This document shows positions 58,509 to 64,000 of a stretch of DNA of 64,000 nucleotides, one piece after another. The notes beneath the pieces were generated by a model, which searched no databases, had not been told where the DNA came from, and saw nothing but the letters and a program-made list of their open reading frames with translations. The stretch comes from Felis catus (lineage: Eukaryota). Both the position numbers and the translations under genes were made by a program. The DNA lies in contig NC_058368.1 of assembly GCF_018350175.1 (NCBI RefSeq), positions 47,184,001 to 47,248,000 on the forward strand, read 5' to 3'. Positions within the stretch are counted from its first letter, which is position 1. Each line of letters starts with the position of its first letter.

Positions 58509-58894
58509 AAAAGCTCTTTATTTCCTTGACTTCGATACACATTCAAATTTACTTGTATATCTCCTATCTCTCGGGCTTTTCTTGTGGACTCTGCTTCTTT
58601 ACCTGCCTTTAGAGGTTGCGTTCCTGAAAGATCTCCATTCACTGTCCACACATCCCCTTGGGGGTGAGTCATCATTCTTAGGGCTACCGCCATCCCCTCG
58701 CAGATCCCCATCAGTCTCAGGCCAGACCTCCCTCTCAAAGCCAGAACCATTTTATCTGACTCCCGGTGGAACAGCTTGCGATATTATGTCTGACTACCAG
58801 TAGGACATCTGTCAATAGGCTACCACATATCTTTAGAGGGAAGACACAAAAAAGTGAAGAGCGTGCTTCATCTTGATTAATCAGATCTGTTAGA

Positions 58895-59070
58895 GAGGTG
58901 GTCTGTAAAATAAGGAACACACACGGAGGAGTTGCACAATTGGGCTGAAGGGAGATAGTACACTACCACAAGAATCTAATAAGTAAGTGCGGGTGCACGT
59001 GTGTGCTATAAGCACTAATAATAATTTTATTGATTAGAGTGCATGATCAAAAAGGTTTGGAGACCAGTGA
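58895..59070. mobile_element. Possible decayed hAT-Charlie MITE
   Basis: Ends gtgcatgatcaaaaaggtttggagaccagtg, resembling a Charlie-type terminal inverted repeat. Confidence 0.4.
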
Positions 59071-59238
59071 AGTAAAGCATAGTTCCCATAGAGACAAGGC
59101 TGTGAGTTGAGTCCTGTGGGGGACAATTGTTTTACTCTGTAAATAAGATTTTTTCATGTATAAGATTTTCTCTGTTACTAAGGTGTTTTTCCTTTGCTCA
59201 AGAATACAAAATCCAAATTTAAAATCTAAATATAACTG

Positions 59239-59360
59239 GGGGCACCTGGGTGGCTCAGTCGGTTAAGCGTCCGACTTCAGCTGAGGTCATGGTTTTAAGT
59301 TCGAGTCCCACATCGGGCTCTGTGCTGACAGCTCAGAGCCTGGATCCTGCTCAGATTCTG

Positions 59361-59394
<34 letters not shown>

Positions 59395-59458
59395 CCTCCC
59401 CCACTTCCTCTCTCTCTCTCTCTTTCTCTCAAATAATAAATGAATAAACTTTATTTTA
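59239..59458 (+). mobile_element. Can-SINE (SINEC_Fc type)
   Basis: ggggcacctgggtggctcag head; TSD aaaatctaaat(a/g)taactg. Confidence 0.95.
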
Positions 59459-60699
59459 AAAATCTAAATGTAACTGTTATCTTATCCCCATAGAGCTTTG
59501 CCTTTCATTTCAGGATACCATTTGAGTTCCAAGGACTTCGTTATAGCGATATTGCCAAAATTAATAATCCCATGAGAATTTGGTGCCACCACAAAAAGCT
59601 TGGAGTAACTGTCCACTTTCTCCCACTGGTATTTCAACATTTCTCGTTGGCCAAATAGAGAGCTTTAAACACATACATACACACAGGCACATGCCCATCT
59701 ATCAACTCTCTTTTGTTTAAAGAGTAATATCTAACAAATAATAGTGTTTCCTGTGAAAGGTGCTAAATGCTCTGTATGCATTAACTTATTCAAACCTCAG
59801 AAAAAGCCAATGAGAGATACTATTGTATCAATTTTACAGGAAATAAGGGAAACGGAAGATAAGTAATTGTTGCAGCTTTGTCTGGATTCAGGTCAGTCCA
59901 TAGATACCTCAGCTCTTACACAATTAAGAGGCAAGAAGAAGAGAGAAGCTATAATGATGAGAATCTATAAGCACTGAATCCATTCCTCCTTGGGGGTCCC
60001 GCTTAATACTGATTCCCCAGTGCCCTCCGTCCCTGCCCCAAGACCCAGGCAAGAAAATTTCTTTAATATCCTCCTACACTCAGTGCTCATTCTTACCTCC
60101 AGTCATTGATCAATCCAATCTTGTTCCCCCCACCAAATGCCTTTAATCTTCCCTTCCAAGTCCAAATTTTTCCCTTTTCTCAAGCCCAACCCATATTTGT
60201 GACTCTGAAACTTCTCTAAACTTCTTTTGCTATTATAATAATTATTACCATTTAATAGTTACTTGTTTTTCAGGTTTTTTTCATGTATTCCATTTTTTCC
60301 CATGAGAGTACAACTACTTTGAAGACAGGCAAGCATCCTGTGTGTCCCTTCTTCTGCATAAAATCCTGGCTGGCTATATAATGGTATCATTAAGTACTTG
60401 TTTGAATGGCTAACTGGACGAAAGATGATCAGGAGTAATAAAATAAATAAATAAATAGAGATAGTAAGAAATAAGGGATCTTGTGCAAGTAAATCTTGAA
60501 CTTAATGTGGATTAAAACATTTCTTCTTTTTTAATTGATATATAATCAACACATAACTTCCTGTATGAATTAAAGCATTTTTTAAAACTCATCTCATACG
60601 AATAGCAACAGGACTGCTCTAATAATTTCAAAAGCTTCATAAAATTATTTTTTTATTGTTACAGACTAAAATGAAACTGATACGAGGTGAAGGAAGGAA

Positions 60700-60915
60700 G
60701 CTAACACTGATAGAGCACTTACTGTGTCCCAAGTCTCCAGTATGTATTGTGAAGTGTGGTATCTCAATTAAGCCTTGCAACAGACCTGCAAAGTATCATC
60801 AGCCCACTTTTTTAGGTGATGAAACAAAGATTTAGAGACGGCAGGCAACATTCTCAAGATTAAATAGCTATCATGTTAAAGAGCTATACTTTGAACTCAG
60901 TTCTAGAATAATCCC
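60700..60915 (-). mobile_element. MIR remnant
   Basis: agctaacactgatagagcactttactgtgtccc...tatctcaattaagccttgcaacagacctg...gatgaaacaaagatttagaga. Confidence 0.7.
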
Positions 60916-61188
60916 TGGCCAATCTCTTTGTATTTGTTGTTCTTGACACATTGTAAGGTGCTTGTTGCTGCCTATCTGCTTTGAAAGGCAAAGACAACCC
61001 AAGGCTTTCCTGAAAATGTCTAAGATACATAAGAAGGGACACTCAGTTCTCGTTCTCTCCTTTGCAGGCCAACCATGGCTAATCAATATCAATATCCATG
61101 CCAATCTCTACAAGTACTAGGAGTCCCCACACTGTGCATCAATCACCATATATATGCTAAGGTCTCACTCTGGAGCATAAAGCTGCCT

Positions 61189-61191
<3 letters not shown>

Positions 61192-61220
<29 letters not shown>
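61192..61220. repeat. (AT)n microsatellite
   Basis: Read directly. Confidence 0.93.
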
Positions 61221-61222
<2 letters not shown>

Positions 61223-61394
61223 CTACAGATTACCTCCTCAGTCACACATTCTCCAATATCCAATAGGCCAAAGTGAGAAAACAGACTTTTCCAAAATCAC
61301 TAACGAGAAGTGGGGGGCCGGAAACCACACTGAGACAGCTTCCCTCCTGTGCACGTTCAACTTGAGCCCTACACCGGACTAGAAATCACAGTCA

Positions 61395-61806
61395 TGTGAT
61401 ATGTCGCAAGGAGCACAGGCTATACTTTGACGGAGCTGAGTTTGACTTCTGGTCCGTCCCTTCTGTGAGCCACTGTTGCCTCAGCTGTGGAATAAGGATA
61501 GAAACTAAAAGGTTGCCATAAAGATTAATCGAGGAATGCCTGGGTGGCTCAGTAGGTTAAGCGTCTGAATTCAGCTCGGGTCATGATCTTACGGTTGGTG
61601 AGTTTAAACCCTGCATTGGACTCTGGGCTGAGTGCAGAGCCTGCCTGGGATTCTCTCGCTCTCCCTCTCTTTCTGCCCCTCCCCTTCTCATGCTCTCTCT
61701 CTATCTCCATCTCAAAATAAATTTTAAAAAAATATTTTAAAAAAGATTAATTGAAATAATTTATATGAAGCACCTGGAAAATAGTGGGTATTCAATAAAT
61801 ATTATT
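61395..61806 (+). mobile_element. MIR interrupted by a Can-SINE
   Basis: ggagcacaggct...gcctcagctgtggaataaggatag...[SINE]...gcacctggaaaatagtgggtattcaataaat. Confidence 0.65.
61533..61741 (+). mobile_element. Can-SINE
   Basis: ggaatgcctgggtggctcagtaggttaag head; TSD aaagattaat(c/t)ga. Confidence 0.93.
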
Positions 61807-63650
61807 TTCCATCTCCATTGACAGAAACATTCTCAATAGAGAATACTTATTCTCAATGTGTGTGTAATAAGAACATAGAAAGAATACAGACAAAATTCAT
61901 ACCAAACCTGACTAAAATATAAATATTGACTATTGCCATAATAGATGGAGGGTTCAGAGCATATAGAAATATGATAAAAGTATAAATTAGCAAGAACAAT
62001 AAAGGTAGAAAATTATTAATTTGACAGATACCAGAAAAAAAATATTTACTCCAACTTCTTGCTTTCCTCTCCAGGTATCCATTTTCCTAGATTTCCCACA
62101 TAGTTGCATGGCATGCAGACACAACAGAGTTAAGAGACAAGGAAAATAATTCGAAACAATAACCAGCCCTATTAGCCACTCTTTTGTAATTTTTTCTAAT
62201 TTTTCGCAATCTGAGGCACCAACAACGTATATCAAAGATGGAAACACAGCTGAGACAAAAGGACAATTGTTTGCTGTGTTAACCTGGGAGAGCTATTGCA
62301 GCCCAGTAACATCTGTAATAAAACGATGGCTGCCTGTTTTCTCACCAGTGTCAAATCATCATAAAATACTGAGGAGAAGGGAGGAATCAAATCTTGCAGT
62401 CCTCGAAATCTGATATGAGGTCTATAACCAACCCTGTGCCAGACAGGTAGCTTTTACAAGAGGACAAACACACTGTAAGGGAATGAATCAAAGCAAAGGA
62501 TTAGATAATTGAGGAGGTGACAACACATCAGATAGCGGGTGGCAGAGTGAGGTATGGAACAGGAGTTGCCTGCCCAGCAACACACAGGAAGAGTTACGAC
62601 ATTTATGCATTTTCATTTCTACAGGTGGGAACCTCAAATCATTCCATGGGCTAGCCTCTGAGTACCTCTAATCCAAGCCTGCCAAGGCTCAGTTGATATA
62701 CTCCCGTATCGTCAGAGATGGACCCAACATATTTTCAACAATATTTCTTTGGTCCTAACAAGACACATTTTAAGTCTAAATAACCCGTAAATTCAGACCT
62801 TATATTCTATGTTTAAGAAATATGCCCTTACAGGTTCTATTGTACATGGCCGTAGATCCAGGAAATATTATTTAACCACCTACTCTGTGCCGGGCTTGAA
62901 TAAGACCACTCTCCTCCAGTTTGCCATTCCATCCTGACAGCCATGCTCTGTTGTCTGTGCTATTATCTTCTTTTCATAGGCAACAAAATAAGAATCAGAG
63001 AAGCGACTTCCCAAAATGACATGTACCAGGAGAATGCTTTTTCTCCCCTAATCTGGTCGGTCTGATTGCAGCCAGAGTACGGAAGGACTGTAGGGCTGCA
63101 GTGTGCTTGCTTTCAGCCCAAGCCCGGAGCTCCAGGCCCAGGGTGCTTTCTCTCTCCTCCCAGGGCTCTGACTCAGGATCTCACGGCCAGCAGTTCTCCG
63201 TCAAGTCTGTCAGCCTCTGACAACATTTTTTCCACTTTATTTCAGACACTGGATTTGTCTTTTGTTAAAACAATATAAAATTTGATTATTTTCCTACTCT
63301 TGTTCGTTTGCAACATTTTATAATTTCCAAGGTTTTCTTTTCTTAGTCTTTTGCAAATAACAGCATCTGGCTAAAAGGCCTAAGGATAAGCCAGCACTCC
63401 AACAAAGGACAATTAGCCTTCAAAATGGATTCTGACCCCTCCTAACAGATCTCCGTTCCAATTTTAAATTATCCTCTTGACCTTAAAGACGATGCTCTGT
63501 GGGAGTGAGACACCTAAAACCACTGTTCTTCATAACCCAGTCGAGTTATGAATTTAAAGTTTCCCACAAAATAGCAATAAATCCAAAGACAGTGTAGGAG
63601 AACCACAGGAAAAGGGTTGCTTTCTCATCTCAAGAATTTTTTTCAGTTCT

Positions 63651-63858
63651 GGGGCGCCTGGGTGGCTCAGTCGGTTGAGCGTCCGACTATGGCTCAGGTC
63701 ATGATCTCTCGGTTTGTGAGTTCGAGCCCCGCATCGGGCTCTGTGCTGACAGCTCAGAGCCTGGAGCCTGCTCCGGATTCTGTCTCCCTTTCTCTCTGCC
63801 CCTGCCCCATTCACACTCTGTCTCTCCCCAAAATAAGTAAACATTAAAAAAAAAAAAA
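63651..63858 (+). mobile_element. Can-SINE (SINEC_Fc type)
   Basis: ggggcgcctgggtggctcagtcgg head; TSD aagaatttttt(t)cagt(t/c)ct. Confidence 0.96.
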
Positions 63859-64000
63859 AAGAATTTTTTCAGTCCTTAAAGAATTTAGTTGTAGAAAATC
63901 TAGGGTCTTGAACTTCTAGGACTTTCTAAAGTTAGCCAGACGTTCAAAAGATCTGCATGACAACCTCAGAAGACATCAAGAAAAGGTCAGACATGGGGAA

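Overview
AT-rich, non-coding felid (cat-like) genomic DNA, either intergenic or deep in a large intron. I found no recognisable host-gene coding exon, tRNA, rRNA or CRISPR array. The taxon call rests on 15 Can-SINE (SINEC_Fc-type) copies and a felid-type L1 3' end. Repeats include a young 5'-truncated L1 nested inside a SINE with a perfect 15-bp TSD, old MIR/L2/L1M remnants, MER5- and MER20-type hAT MITEs, and several microsatellites, one a 284-bp purine tract. The most striking signal is an old ERVL-class solo LTR (~45.44-46.06 kb) carrying a captured, still in-frame fragment of apolipoprotein A-IV coding sequence. Next is a ~190-bp palindrome able to fold into a pre-miRNA-like hairpin (15.6-15.8 kb). 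Other candidates are enhancer-like blocks with PBX-HOX/MEIS composite motifs, a cluster of ERR/SF-1-type TCAAGGTCA sites, a 21-kb SINE-free interval and a few well-formed orphan exons. All family names and protein comparisons come from recalled consensus sequences, not database searches.
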